Shown one piece after another: positions 1-12,030 of a DNA stretch of 64,000 nt. A program made the position numbers and the translations under genes. This DNA is from Hamiltosporidium tvaerminnensis FI-OER-3-3. Its lineage: Eukaryota; Fungi; Microsporidia. The DNA lies in contig CM061247.1 of assembly GCA_022605425.2 (NCBI GenBank), forward strand, positions 372,001 to 436,000, given 5' to 3'. The first letter of the stretch is position 1, and each line of letters opens with the position of its first letter. Below the pieces are notes generated by a model. The model did no database searches, was not told the DNA's origin, and was given only the letters and a program-made list of their open reading frames with translations.

Positions 1-948
1 TACAGTGATGTTTTTTTGTTAAGTCAAATTGGTATTCGGCTATGACTTAACTTATCTTGTCGAATGAATTATATTACTTTTAAAGTCTTTTTACAAAATA
101 TTGTTTCGATTTATTACACTCTATGGATCGGACATCCAAGTTTATAAGATGATGCATCTTAAGGTGTTTACAATACCATCTCATGTTTTCACATAGGTGA
201 TTATATTAATATAGGATTTATATCAAGAGTCGATTCCTTGAATAACAGAGTTTAATGGCTTATCTTATCATCTACAACAATTTAGAGCCATCTTTGCGAT
301 GTATTTTTAAATTTATTAGGTGTACCATCACTAACCTATTTACTTGTAATCTTAATAAATTTATTGCAGTCATATTTTATCTCTTGGTGTCTTGGATGAA
401 CAAATGGAAGCCTACATATTATGTCACTGACTAATGTTTTATGATTTTTTAGGTCTGTTCTCTTTCACACAAACTCGTTTTTTGTGTCTAATATCAAATT
501 TCGAAAATTCCTCTATTTTCGATTAAACCGAATACTTTTAAGTTCACGAGTCCTGGTACAATTTTAATTTCACTTCATTGACTTTTGAAACATCTTTTTA
601 ATTTTAAATTTGTTTATTTTAAACTGATATATCTCGGATTTATGAGTGATTGGTCCGTATATTCATAGTTTAGATAGTATATGTATTTATTAAATTTGAA
701 ATTAGATATTAAAATTTTAGAAATTGATTGAATATGAACTTTTCTATCGAGAAGAATATTTAGTAAATCAATCCATCATATGTAAATTACTACTTTAACA
801 ATAATAACGATTTGAGAACAGATAATGGATCCTTAAATGAATAATCTTATACTACTTATACCTACTTGAACCATGACTTAAACACATTTAAAATATATAA
901 AACAAGTTTCATATTTGAAATAAAACCAAATTCGGTTTCTTAAACTTC

Positions 949-2814
949 ATGATAAATATCAGTTCTGAAATACTCACTAATTCTACTTTTATAAAAGAAA
1001 TTCCGTATTCTCTAAATGAAAAAGCAAATTTTTTATCTAAATATACTATTTTAGCTAAATATATTTTTTATAAGACTACTGATACACATAATAGAATAAT
1101 TTCTACAAAAACACCAATTAAAAATATTTTCTTACTTTCTACTAAATCAAGATTAAACATAATATTTGTTTATAGATATTTTAGAAAAAGTATTTCTCGT
1201 ATATTCATTCTAGAAACTAAAAACTGCAAAAATTATTTTGAAAGTATAACCATATCCTTATTATTAGACATTCTTCAAATATTATACACAAAAGAACAAA
1301 ATATATGTCTCATTACAATAAAAAAGAAAATTATTAAATCTACGATCGACATTTTCGAAGTATATTATTTAAAAAAAAGTTCAAATGCAATATATTTGAA
1401 TAAAGAAGATAATATTTTAAAGGTCAGAAAAAAATTATCGACAATAAACTTCATTTTAAAAAGAAACAGGGAATTAGATTATGAATCTAATTTATATTTA
1501 TTAATGACTTTGAAATATTTATATTCTAAAAATCTATGCATTCCAAACAAAAAGTATAAACTACCTAAAAATATGTGTCAAAATCTTTTAACCGGTATTT
1601 TGATTTCGAAAATATTTAATATTTTTATAATCGATCAAATTCAAATCATCAATATATATTTTTGTTTAAAATTTTGTTTAGAAGAGAATATTTTAGAGAA
1701 GAATAAAGTAAAGAAAATATTTAATAATATTTTTGAGAAATTTAAAGAAAAAGATAATTATTGTAAAAATTTAACTGTAAAATCAACTAAAAGTAAAAAA
1801 CTTTTATTTTCAAAATTAAAATTGTTTAATAAATTACTTAATTTAAAGAAATTATTCAAAAAAATGAATTTTATTTACAAAATAACTGAAAATAATTCCT
1901 TTTACAGTAAAACCTCTAGATTGGATAATCTTAAAGGATATTTAAGTTCAAACAAATCTTTTATAAAAGAAATATCCACGGTGAGTCCTTTTGATCACAA
2001 GATATTATTATATGAAATAGATTATAAAAATATTGAAATATTCCAATCTTCTACATTTCCCTTAATAATACCATTTATAAGTTCTAAAGGTGTTTATAAA
2101 ATAATCTATAAAAAAGGATGCGATCTTAGAAATGATTACATAATTGTATCATTAATAAATTATTTTTCTTCGATAATAAAAATACCTTTGATAACGTATA
2201 AAGTTCTTCCTTTAAATATAAATGAAGGTATTATAGAATATATTCCTGAAACTTTTAATATTGATGAATTAATTTTAAAGTTTTCATCTTTAAGTAATTT
2301 TTTATTCCAAAGTAATACAAATATGAATTTATTTATTGAAAGTTTAGCAGCATATACTATAATAACATATTTGTTAGGTATTGGTGATAGAAATAGAGAT
2401 AACATGTTATTTCATAACTCCGGTCAAATATTTCATATTGATTTTAGTTATATTTTTGGTAAAGATCCAAAACCTTTTCCTCCGAAAATAGTTATATTAC
2501 CAGAAGTAAGTTATTTCTTTAAGAATAATCTGTTATTATATTCAAAATTCATAGATTTGTGTCAAAAAATATATAATAAATTACGTAAAAACACACAGAA
2601 AATATATTTTTATATTCAGATATTACAAAAAAATCCATATTGTAATTATAAATCAGAAATCATATTTAAATTTTTAAAAAAATACTTAAATCTTGAAAAA
2701 GACGATTTTCAAGCCAATTTACATATAAAAAAATTAATAGAAGAATCATTAAAATCGTATAAAACCAAAATCAATCATTTTATCAATAAATTAGGCAAAA
2801 TTTTAAGAAAATAA
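949..2814 (+). CDS. VPS34: Class III phosphatidylinositol 3-kinase (Vps34-like), copy 1
   Basis: C-terminal PI3K kinase domain: IFQSSTFP, IYKKGCDLRND, ESLAAYTIITYLLGIGDRNRDN, IFHIDFSYIFGKDPKPFPP. The DPKPFPP motif is typical of Vps34. Confidence 0.88.
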   Translation: MINISSEILTNSTFIKEIPYSLNEKANFLSKYTILAKYIFYKTTDTHNRIISTKTPIKNIFLLSTKSRLNIIFVYRYFRKSISRIFILETKNCKNYFESITISLLLDILQILYTKEQNICLITIKKKIIKSTIDIFEVYYLKKSSNAIYLNKEDNILKVRKKLSTINFILKRNRELDYESNLYLLMTLKYLYSKNLCIPNKKYKLPKNMCQNLLTGILISKIFNIFIIDQIQIINIYFCLKFCLEENILEKNKVKKIFNNIFEKFKEKDNYCKNLTVKSTKSKKLLFSKLKLFNKLLNLKKLFKKMNFIYKITENNSFYSKTSRLDNLKGYLSSNKSFIKEISTVSPFDHKILLYEIDYKNIEIFQSSTFPLIIPFISSKGVYKIIYKKGCDLRNDYIIVSLINYFSSIIKIPLITYKVLPLNINEGIIEYIPETFNIDELILKFSSLSNFLFQSNTNMNLFIESLAAYTIITYLLGIGDRNRDNMLFHNSGQIFHIDFSYIFGKDPKPFPPKIVILPEVSYFFKNNLLLYSKFIDLCQKIYNKLRKNTQKIYFYIQILQKNPYCNYKSEIIFKFLKKYLNLEKDDFQANLHIKKLIEESLKSYKTKINHFINKLGKILRK

Positions 2815-3111
2815 ACGATTTAATTCTATACTCTTTAAAAACTTGATATGAAAATAATTTGGTCTTTTATTTAAAATCTAGAACACTAACTGTATTAAAA
2901 CTCAACTAAAATATTATTGTATTGTATTTTGTTCATGATTAAGATTTCTTCTAATATCACCTTTATAAAACGAATAATAATTTAATTCCGCAAATTTCCT
3001 CGTAGAAAAAATATTTTTTTAAAAATATATTAATTAAATTAAAAACTCATTAAAAATACAAAACTAAATTTGAATGACAAATAAAAACTTTTATATAGAA
3101 ATATTTGAGAA

Positions 3112-4080
3112 TCATAAAAAATATTGTTGAATTGTAAAAATAGACTTATTATATCTTTTGTCATGTTCTAAAACATAAAGAAAATCTGACATTGTTATGC
3201 TTCTCATTGAGATTTTTCTTTCTTGTTCTTTTTCATCAAACGGTGAATAGAGAGATTGAAGAGGTGATTCTTTTTCTTTTGAAATCGGAATATTTTCAAC
3301 ATTCATCCAACTTTTTTGTTGTCCTCCTAATGCTGCAAGAGCAACATTGTTAGAAAGTCTTTTTTTAATCAATAAATCTTCTCTTTCTTGAATTGTTCTT
3401 TTTACTCTTTTTCTTCCTTCGTCTTCACTTTCAAATTTTTTAATTTTTAATTTTTCCATTTCTTTTTTTTCTTTTTCTTCTAAAAACCAAAGTTGTCTTC
3501 GAATATCATTTTCGATTCTAATAATAAATTCACCTCGGGTAGAATCAACTCTAAATTTACTAACTTCTTCCATTTTTTCTAATAATTCTAATAATTTTCT
3601 TTTAAGTGCCATAAATAAAACATATAAACAGTCATTATCAATACTAATATTCCTCAAGGCACATATCTTTTTTATAAATTCTATAAATAAATCAAGATTT
3701 AATAAGCTTTCCATTTTATTACGTTTATCTTCATCTTGAACATAAGAATTTCCTATATTATGCTCACTATCTTTAAAAATCTTTTCTTCTTCTTCTTTTA
3801 AATCGACACCTGTGTATTGAATGATATCTTGTAGATGTTCTGTCTTTAAATCAGCTGAACCATTATTATTATGTTCTCTTGTTGATTGTTTAGGCGTAGA
3901 AGGACTTTCTTCTAATGGTTTATTATAAAATAACAGTGAATATTTCATCGAACCAAGAATTTCTTTACAATAATTGAAAAATTCGGATGGTGAAATTTCT
4001 TTATTAACAACTGAAATATAAGCCTTTTCAATGGCTCTACGTTGTTCCATTGGCAGTGTAGCAAGATATTCTTTGTTCAT
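3112..4080 (-). CDS. TAF4: TFIID subunit TAF4, copy 1
   Basis: DIIQYTGVDLKEEE, histone-fold region, DIRRQLWFLE, NNVALAALG and C-terminal RSITMSDFLYVLE match TAF4 family motifs. CCC immediately precedes the ATG. Confidence 0.85.
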   Translation of the reverse strand: MNKEYLATLPMEQRRAIEKAYISVVNKEISPSEFFNYCKEILGSMKYSLLFYNKPLEESPSTPKQSTREHNNNGSADLKTEHLQDIIQYTGVDLKEEEEKIFKDSEHNIGNSYVQDEDKRNKMESLLNLDLFIEFIKKICALRNISIDNDCLYVLFMALKRKLLELLEKMEEVSKFRVDSTRGEFIIRIENDIRRQLWFLEEKEKKEMEKLKIKKFESEDEGRKRVKRTIQEREDLLIKKRLSNNVALAALGGQQKSWMNVENIPISKEKESPLQSLYSPFDEKEQERKISMRSITMSDFLYVLEHDKRYNKSIFTIQQYFL

Positions 4081-4329
4081 GGGTTTGTTAAAAAAATAAT
4101 TAGCAAAATCTGAAATTATTTTTCAAAAATTTAAATCGAGAAAAAAAGACACCAAATATAAAACATATTTAATACTTTTTATTAAAAGAGATCTTACATT
4201 GTTTTATTTCCTTTATATTTCAATCTAATTTTTATTTTTATTAAACGAATGAAAGGTTTGAAATTTTTTTTTCCTTTTAAAATAGTTTTTTAAATTTAGA
4301 TAAAAATTTCAAAAGAAGGATTATGTCTG

Positions 4330-5370
4330 ACATTTTTTTGCAACAAAATTCCGAGTTTAAAATATAATCCCAATCTTTTATATATATTCATATACCTCTA
4401 GGGTAACGTGCGTTTCCTCTTCCAAGTCCGACTCATCGTTATATATATTCTCGACTCTATTATTGTGATTCTTTATATAAGATAAAGTGTATTTTATCTT
4501 TTGTTTTTACGTGTTAAACACAATATTTCTCGTTACTCGCTTGTTTAAAGGGAATGTTGGTTCCTCATGCATCTCGGCTTTCTTGCTAGTACTTAACGAC
4601 GTCATTGCCTAATACTCTTCGGTATTTTTCTAAACTCAATTTCTCTTAGTAGACCAAAAGAAATTGTTTAGACTGTCTTCTTGTGCTTTATATACAGAAT
4701 TTGAGTCTTTGAATTCAAAGGCATTTGAAGTCTTCTAAGGTATTTCTTGTAGTTTCTGTCTCGATCCTTAACCAGGGTATTACATAGGAAGTTCACAACA
4801 CTTCACTTATAATTAAGACTTAAGACTTAAGTCATTACTTTATCGGAAATACTGCTTGCATTCGATCTTTCAACTATTTGAAGAGAATCTTGGAAAATAA
4901 TTTATAGTTCATTGAGTGTTACCTTATTTTTTCTTATCTAAAATATATATCAGGTTTATTATTTTAAATTTTGATATCATATTTTTTGCAGGGTCAATAC
5001 TCTTATTTTCGAATGCTCATTTTAAATAATTTCTTGAATTGAGTGACTCCTAATTCGTTTTAAGGACTTGAACTTATATCTATTTAGTAGGAGTAAGTGT
5101 ATGCATCTTAAAACCTCATTATGTCGTCTAGTGTAGTAATGACCATGCATTTTTTTACATAAAGTCGCTACATGATCTACTGTTTTTCTAGACTGATCGC
5201 GTTACTTACACACCATCTGCACATATAAAATATTTCTATTCTGGATATATCAGAACTCTCCTTCTGTAGCTGGCTCGATGTTCTCTTTCTTTGGCTCTCC
5301 TGACGAGTCACTTACACTTAAAAGCTCATTTTTTCTTCCATTATATAATTTTGAGTGAAATTACATTCTC
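4330..5370 (-). mobile_element. Degenerate 3' fragment of the REL non-LTR retrotransposon
   Basis: Nucleotide similarity to 8185-9200. Remnant translation MHGHYYTRRHNEVLRCIHLLLLNRYKFKS with many stops and frameshifts. Boundaries approximate. Confidence 0.8.
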
Positions 5371-6422
5371 CAAATAAAAATACTTCACTCAATTGTAAAA
5401 TACTTTGAGTTTTAAGTCCAAGCATTTTCTAGATTCTTTTCGAATTGTAACAAAAAAAATCATGTATCTATGATATTCCTTCGTGACTATTCTTAATTTA
5501 TAATTACGCATTTTATGGTTTTGTTTTTTTATGTTTGCGTGTATAAAATGTTTTTAAAATTTCTTACGGTGAAAAATAAACAAAATTCATAGTGAAGACG
5601 ATTAATTTTATGATCACATGTTTCTAAATAGATGTTTCTAGGGATTCTTCAGTAGGAATATTGTGATAAAAACAGAGGGTAATTCATTAAACTTGATTAT
5701 TTAATCATAGATTTCAATATATTTTTTAATTAAACAGCCAAAATCGATATTTTAAAATTAAAAAAATACTAATTAACTCATTTTAAAAATTTTCGTATTT
5801 TTACAGTTTTAATTTTTATCGGTACGAATAATAAACAAATGCAATATCCAATCAGTATTGATTTAATCATAGAATCTAAAACATAAATCAAGCCTGCATA
5901 TATAAATAAATTAAATTATTTTAGCCAAAATTTACTTATCTTATAAAAAATTTACACGTGTAAAAATAGAAAAATCTGTTATAAATCATTTCGACGATTT
6001 TTAAAGAGGTTTGGCTCAATACTCTTTTTTTCTCAAAATATTTGCCTTTATAAGTTAAAAAGTAATGTAGCAAATTTGATTTATAAATCTGTTAGCTAAA
6101 TTTGAAATTTTGTTATTTACAAGTGTATATTAATAATTTCTTTTACAACGAAAATCAAAAAGTAGGAATATTTCTTATCAAAATATTTGATAAGAAATAT
6201 AAATATAACCCTAAATGTTTATCGTTTCATTAAGTATAATATTTTCTAAAATTTTAAAAAGAAGGTCATAATATTCCGTGGATAAGAATATATTTATATG
6301 TATAATCTATTCTGACCGATATATCATTATAAGGTACATTTATGTGAAAAAAATTAAAAATACTAATAATTATATATGGAATTATCTCTATGCAACATCT
6401 ATAAATAATACTTGGTATTTCT

Positions 6423-6565
6423 TGTGGAGGGAGGATAACCACATAAAAAACTTTCTGCTTGGCAATGAGTGTGTGAAACTGGTGTGAGGTCCTTGTTTGG
6501 ATTTTTGGTGGAAAAAAAACCCCCCCCCCTCTTTTGTTTTTTGGTGGGGGTTTTTGAGGGGAGGG

Positions 6566-6596
<31 letters not shown>

Positions 6597-6598
6597 AA

Positions 6599-6629
<31 letters not shown>

Positions 6630-6712
6630 CAAAAAAAAAAAAAAAAAAAATAAAAAAAAAAAAAAAAAAAACACAAACCCTCCTTCCCCGGTTTAAAAAA
6701 ATAAACCCCAAG

Positions 6713-6757
<45 letters not shown>

Positions 6758-7053
6758 ATTTTTAATTTTTTTTTTAAATTTTTAAATTTAAAATTTAAAA
6801 AAAAATAAAAAATTAATTAAATAAAAAATTTTAAAATTTATAAAATAATAAAAAAAAAAGAAAAAAAAAAAAAGATGGTGGGGGGGGGGGGGGGGGCCCC
6901 CCCCCCCCCCACCCAAAAAAAAAAAAAAAAAAAAAAAACAAACCCCCCCCACCCCCTTATTTATTAATATAAAAAAAAAAAAAAAATAAAAAGATATTAG
7001 TTATAGAAAAAAGAAGGGTTAGGGATTAAAAATTGAATTAAAAAAAATTAAAA

Positions 7054-7103
<50 letters not shown>

Positions 7104-7126
7104 AAAAAAAAAAAAAAAAAAAAAAA
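6423..7126 (+). mobile_element. Second copy of the ~727-nt non-coding mobile element; body is low-quality homopolymer sequence
   Basis: The first ~90 nt (TGTGGAGGGAGGATAACCACATAAAAAAC..GATTTTTGGTG) match the 5' end of the 52791-53517 element. It is flanked by the direct repeat TGGTATTTCT at 6413-6422 and 7127-7136. Span is 704 nt vs 727 nt. Confidence 0.75.
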
Positions 7127-7342
7127 TGGTATTTCTTTATTTACACTATAATTTATATGTTTTTTTTAAAAAATTTAGAATCTGCAACAAATTCTTATAG
7201 GACAAAGTTTTTCAGTATTTTGTGAGTTTAGTATACGAATTTCTTTATCTTAAATTATTATGTAAATATATCAGATCAGGCACGCTTTTCAATTGTGAAA
7301 TCAACCAAATCATCTTTTTTACTTCAAAAAATTCGAACCCAC

Positions 7343-8134
7343 ATGAAAGGTCAAATAGGAATATACAATAAAAATAAAAATTTGATTTATTTTAGTTCAA
7401 ATAAAAACTCAAATACATCGATAGTATTTATATCGGGAATGTATGGGGGACTATTTGAGCCTGTTTATACAAAAGAAATTTATAAAATGTGTAGAAAGAA
7501 GCAAATAAATTTCTTTCAACCCAGATTAAGTTCATTTCCAAATTTTGGGCTATTTACTTTAGAAAATGATGCCTTGGAGGTTTTAGAATCCTTAAAATAT
7601 AATCAATCCGAAAATATAATCTTGATTGGACATTCAACCGGGTGTCAGGTTATTATGTATTTGATAGAAAATTATGGAGAAGATTTTAAAGAAAGAGTGA
7701 AAATTTGCATCTTACACGGACCAATAAGTGATAGAAATTATGAAGAACATGTTAATAGAGACCTTCCTAAAATCATTAAAGAAGTGACAAATAAATCGGA
7801 ATCGGAAGTTTTCGTTTATGAAAACACAATGTACAAAAAAGAAAGGTTTTTAGATTTGTATAGAATTGGAGGAAAAGATGATTTCTTTTCTTATGATCTT
7901 GAAAATACATTCTTTGAAAATTTGAATAAAATTGAGTTTAAGATACTATTTATTATATCAGGAAATGATAAATTTACTAAAGAAAGTAATTTGAACAAAT
8001 TAAAGTTAATAAAAGGAGGTGAAGTAAAAATTATAAAAGAAGCGGATCATTTTTTGAAACAGAAAAAATACATTAAGAAATTCCTTAATATTATTACAAA
8101 AAAAATATCAAGATTAGAGAAAAATACAACTTAA
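7343..8134 (+). CDS. Alpha/beta hydrolase, DUF1749-like
   Basis: Nucleophile elbow GHSTGCQ, GPISDR, SGNDKF and ADH acid/His motifs. The start is placed at ATG 7343 (CCC at 7338-7340) rather than GTG 7295. Confidence 0.75.
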   Translation: MKGQIGIYNKNKNLIYFSSNKNSNTSIVFISGMYGGLFEPVYTKEIYKMCRKKQINFFQPRLSSFPNFGLFTLENDALEVLESLKYNQSENIILIGHSTGCQVIMYLIENYGEDFKERVKICILHGPISDRNYEEHVNRDLPKIIKEVTNKSESEVFVYENTMYKKERFLDLYRIGGKDDFFSYDLENTFFENLNKIEFKILFIISGNDKFTKESNLNKLKLIKGGEVKIIKEADHFLKQKKYIKKFLNIITKKISRLEKNTT

Positions 8135-8182
8135 GCAATCTATAAACATTGTTGCGAAAGAGGATATTTTTAAAGAACAATA

Positions 8183-11100
8183 AATTTTTATTTAATAAAA
8201 TTCTGGGTTAACAAATTTTTCTCTTTTCTAAATAATTCTTTCCACCATTTAAACCACTTCTACCTCTTCCTCCAGCTCCAACTCTTCATTTGTATTAATT
8301 GTTGGTTCCTTTTCTGTGGTTGTACCATCCAAAATAAGGGGTAAAATATTTTTTGTATTTTCCGTTTTAACATCATCTTCCTCGTTGTCTCTTGCTTTAA
8401 AAAAGGTGTTGATTGTTTATGCATCTCAGCTCGTAAAACAACACTTAATGATGCTCTCTTCGGCATTTGGTCCAGACTAAAGTCCTCTTCCTCGATCAAA
8501 AGAAATTCTTTCGACTGTCTTCTTGAGTACTATGGATTGTATATATGCCTCTACATTCATGGGTATTTGCAGTCTCTTAACATACGTCTTATGGTATTTT
8601 GTCACAATACCGTCCCAGTTCATCACATAAGAAATTATCTCTTCACTGCATTTATAAATAAGACCTAACTCATTTGCTAATAGGTCATACTTCCTAAGTT
8701 TCTCCGTTTCAACTATTTGAAATGAGTCTTAGGAGGTGATTCTTACTTCAATGAGGGTAATCATATTTCGTTTCTTGTCTAAAACGAATATATCTGGCCT
8801 ATTATTTCGAATTTTGACATCAGTTTTTATTCTGGTGTCCACTCTTATCTCTGCATACTCATTATCAAGAATTTCTTGAACTGAGTGACTCCCTATTCGT
8901 TTTGAAGACTTAAACTTATATCTATTTAGAAGAAGAAGGTGTAGGCATCTAACCACTTCATTATGCCGTCTAGTGTAATCATGGCCTAGCATTTTTTCAC
9001 ATCTAGTTGCTAGATGATCCACAGTCTTACCAGACTTCCCGCAATGTTGACACACACCATCTGCTCCCCAGAATACATTTCTATCCTGGATATAGCAGAA
9101 CACAGCTTCATTTCGTGGCCTAATATTTCCTCTCTTTAGCCATCTTGAAGAGTCACTAACACTTACAAGCTCATTTTTCCTTGCATTATATAACTTTGAA
9201 TGTAGTTTTCGTTTTTCTATTTCGTTATATAGTTTTGCAAGTTGAGCTTCTTCTAAACTTTTCTTAGTGACTTCTTCTACCAACCTGTACTTTACTTTTA
9301 AGAAGCCTTTTATTAGTGCAAGATGGGTTTTATTATTATTCTCCACCTTGAGGATTGCTGCTCGTCTAGTTGATATTTCTTTACTTTTTTCCAGACAATC
9401 CAAGAGTTGCAGAAGCATGTGTTCGCTTCGCAACTCAACACTATGTGGGCCTCTTCCAAGTTCTGTTCTAGGAAGGTATAGACGCTCTTTACATCCTGGG
9501 CGGAGATGTATTTTATTCTTCACCAACACCGCACGCACTGCATCATCTAACTTAGAGAAGTCAGCCGGTTCTAGTCGAAGTACTCCTATGTGATAGTTTA
9601 GTAAAGAAATTGCATGCTGATTAATGGCTTGAAATAAATTTCTTGCGTTTAATCTCGGGCGACAAAGTCTTTCTACTCGTGCTATAAGTTTAGTCTTTAC
9701 TTCCTCAGATGACTTACTTGTTGGGATTCTTCTGCTATCTTCTATTATTCCAAGGTATTTATAAACACCTATTCCTTCAAGAATAGTAGCAGTATCTTCC
9801 CAACAAGTATCATTTGTGGCTGACTTATCTTTGTTAATTTCCAATCCCATATTATTCATAAACTTTTTAACCTCTTCCGTCATTTCTTCCAATGTTTGGT
9901 CATCTTCGGCAAGGAGCTTAAGATCATCAATAAACAAGAGATGATTAGTAGAATGAGATTCTGCATCTGTTTGTACTGTCACTTTTGTGTATTTTTCATT
10001 AAGCTTTCGGCTTAATGGATCCATACACAACACAAATAACAAAGGTGACAAACTATCTCCTTGTAGAATCCCTCTATCAATCTTCTTGCTCATGATTTTT
10101 TCAGGCCCTACTGATATATCAATTTTCCATTTTGATATAATTACCTTGATAAATTTCAGGATCCAATCAGTTAAATTAAGGTTTATAATACATTGAGTCA
10201 AATAAGCATAATCCATTGAATTATAAGCTTTATAACATATATCCTTGTTGCCTTAAGATTGTTTCCGTATTCTTTATTTAAGGCTATATTCCGTAGAGCC
10301 TGCTCTTTCGCTCCCTGCACACCTCTAACTGCTCCCAACTGGTTCTCTGCAAGCAACCCTCGCCTTTCCACTTCAAGTTGAACGACTTTCGTTACACACT
10401 TAGTCGTTAACTTGTAGAAGTTGGACATACAAGTGATTGGCCTGTAGTCAGAGCCTCTTTGTGGACTTCCTTTCGGTATCAAATACGTAAGCCCGCAGTA
10501 AAACCAATCAGCTTGAGGTGTTCCTTCTAAACATATAACTTTCACAATATCATAAAGATATTTGTGTAGAGTTGTAAGTTTCTTAATGAAAAAATTGTAA
10601 ATACCATCAATTCCAGCAGCTTTCCGATTAGTAAGCCAATTAATGATATTTACAAATTCATCAAATGACGGAAACGTGGTCGGATGATTATCTGATACAA
10701 ATGGAATCAAATAATCATCTTACGTGACTGTGTCATCATTTTTGTTCCCCATTGTAGACCTGAAACTCACAATTTCCTCACGACTAACCACATGCTCGAA
10801 TTCTACACGCTCAGATAACCCATGATATAATCGACCCCGGAAAAGCTCAAACATACGATTCTCTCTTCGAAATTGCTTCCTACTTTCATGCATCGTAATT
10901 TTTTTCTCGTACACATTCAAAGACTCATTCTTCTTAACTAAAGCCTCGGAAAGATCAGTTAGACTGCTCAAGTTTAAATTAAACACTCGCATGATTTTCT
11001 TAAGGCTCTTAGTTTCCGAAGTGGAGAGCTTTTCCTGCTTACGAGCTTTCTTGAGAAGATCTTTGGAAAGTACTAACTTAGAAATTTTACTTTCTATGTT

Positions 11101-11975
11101 TTCCTTCCAAGCGGATCTAGGCTTTTCTTTACGTGTTGCCTCGTCATAGCATACCTGGGCTGCTTGGATTATACGTGCCACTGCAGTTATCGTCATCGGT
11201 ACGTAAGAATCAGCATACTCACCGATAATTCGATTAATAAGGTCCAAGACTTTACTATCAACCAATTCATTTGGATGTTTTCTAGTTCGGACCACCACTT
11301 TTCCAATTTCCTTCTCCGAGATTCCTTTGATTTTACTCAAAAATTTATCTCTCAGGTTTATGTACTCCGTGGTGTCAGTCAGGGTGCATGGCTCAGTGAG
11401 ACAAGTGGACGATTCTACGTCGCTCTCCATTCTCTTCTTGCCTTATTTCCCTTTCTGCTTCATTTTGTGCGAGTTTTTAAACGCATCGATATCTAATGTG
11501 CAGCCAAATTTCTCATTATAGTACCTCAGAGTAGCGGACCAGCCATTTCTGGGCATTCTATCAAACCTCTTTTGCACCTAGAATAGCAGATCTAGGCCAT
11601 TTCTGCTCTACGACTGTGACAGTGTCAAGTATTGAGTGCGAAACCATCAGTCGATTCCCTTCTAGAATGCCATCTGTATTAAGGTTTGTCATGCCGTTGA
11701 CTGGTCCAAACGCAGTGACATCGGTACCAGAAGACAAGGGTATAGTGTCAACCAAGCAGACTGGACTAGTCTGGCAACTACTGCTTGGTGGTTGGTGGGT
11801 GGTGTTATGGAAGGTCGGTAGAGGTGTAAGTCTCTCGGATAACATTGCTCCATCTACATTACACATCAAAATCTCTCCTGCGCTGTTCTCCAAGTTGTTT
11901 ACAGCCTTTATTTTTTTATTTCTTATGTTTTCGCTGTCTACTTTTTTCCTTCTACCCATAATCCGTAATAAGTCA
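8183..11975 (-). mobile_element. Near full-length non-LTR retrotransposon with RT, CCHC and restriction-like endonuclease (R4/Dong-like); ORF broken by stops and frameshifts
   Basis: ORF pieces 11561-11959, 10720-11430, 10198-10710 (KAAGIDG, DYRPITCMS) and 8729-10216 (GILQGDSLSPLLF, HLLFIDDLKL, YKYLG, CQHC..HLATRC, RHNEVV, RPDI, LIEV). Homology continues past a TAA at 8729 to about 8185. Clade assignment is from motif style only. Confidence 0.9.
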
Positions 11976-12030
11976 TTTGCTTATTAAAATATTTAAAAAA
12001 AATAATAATTTCAAACATTTATTCCCTTCA

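Larger units (their letters stand above)
1..5160. repeat. Left arm of a large inverted duplication (partner 14670-19829); runs off the window start
   Basis: Base 1 onward (tacagtgatgttttttt) is the reverse complement of ...aaaaaaacatcactgta ending at 19829. Paired coordinates sum to 19830-19831 across both genes. Identity ends at about 5160/14670. Confidence 0.95.

Noticed and set aside
6266-6696. Poly-Phe/poly-Lys ORFs in the track
   Set aside because: They are translations of unreliable homopolymer sequence within a mobile-element insertion.
8163-12010. Possible TSD of the full-length LINE (atatttttaaagaacaataaatt vs aatatttaaaaaaaataataatt)
   Set aside because: Too degenerate and AT-rich to distinguish from chance.
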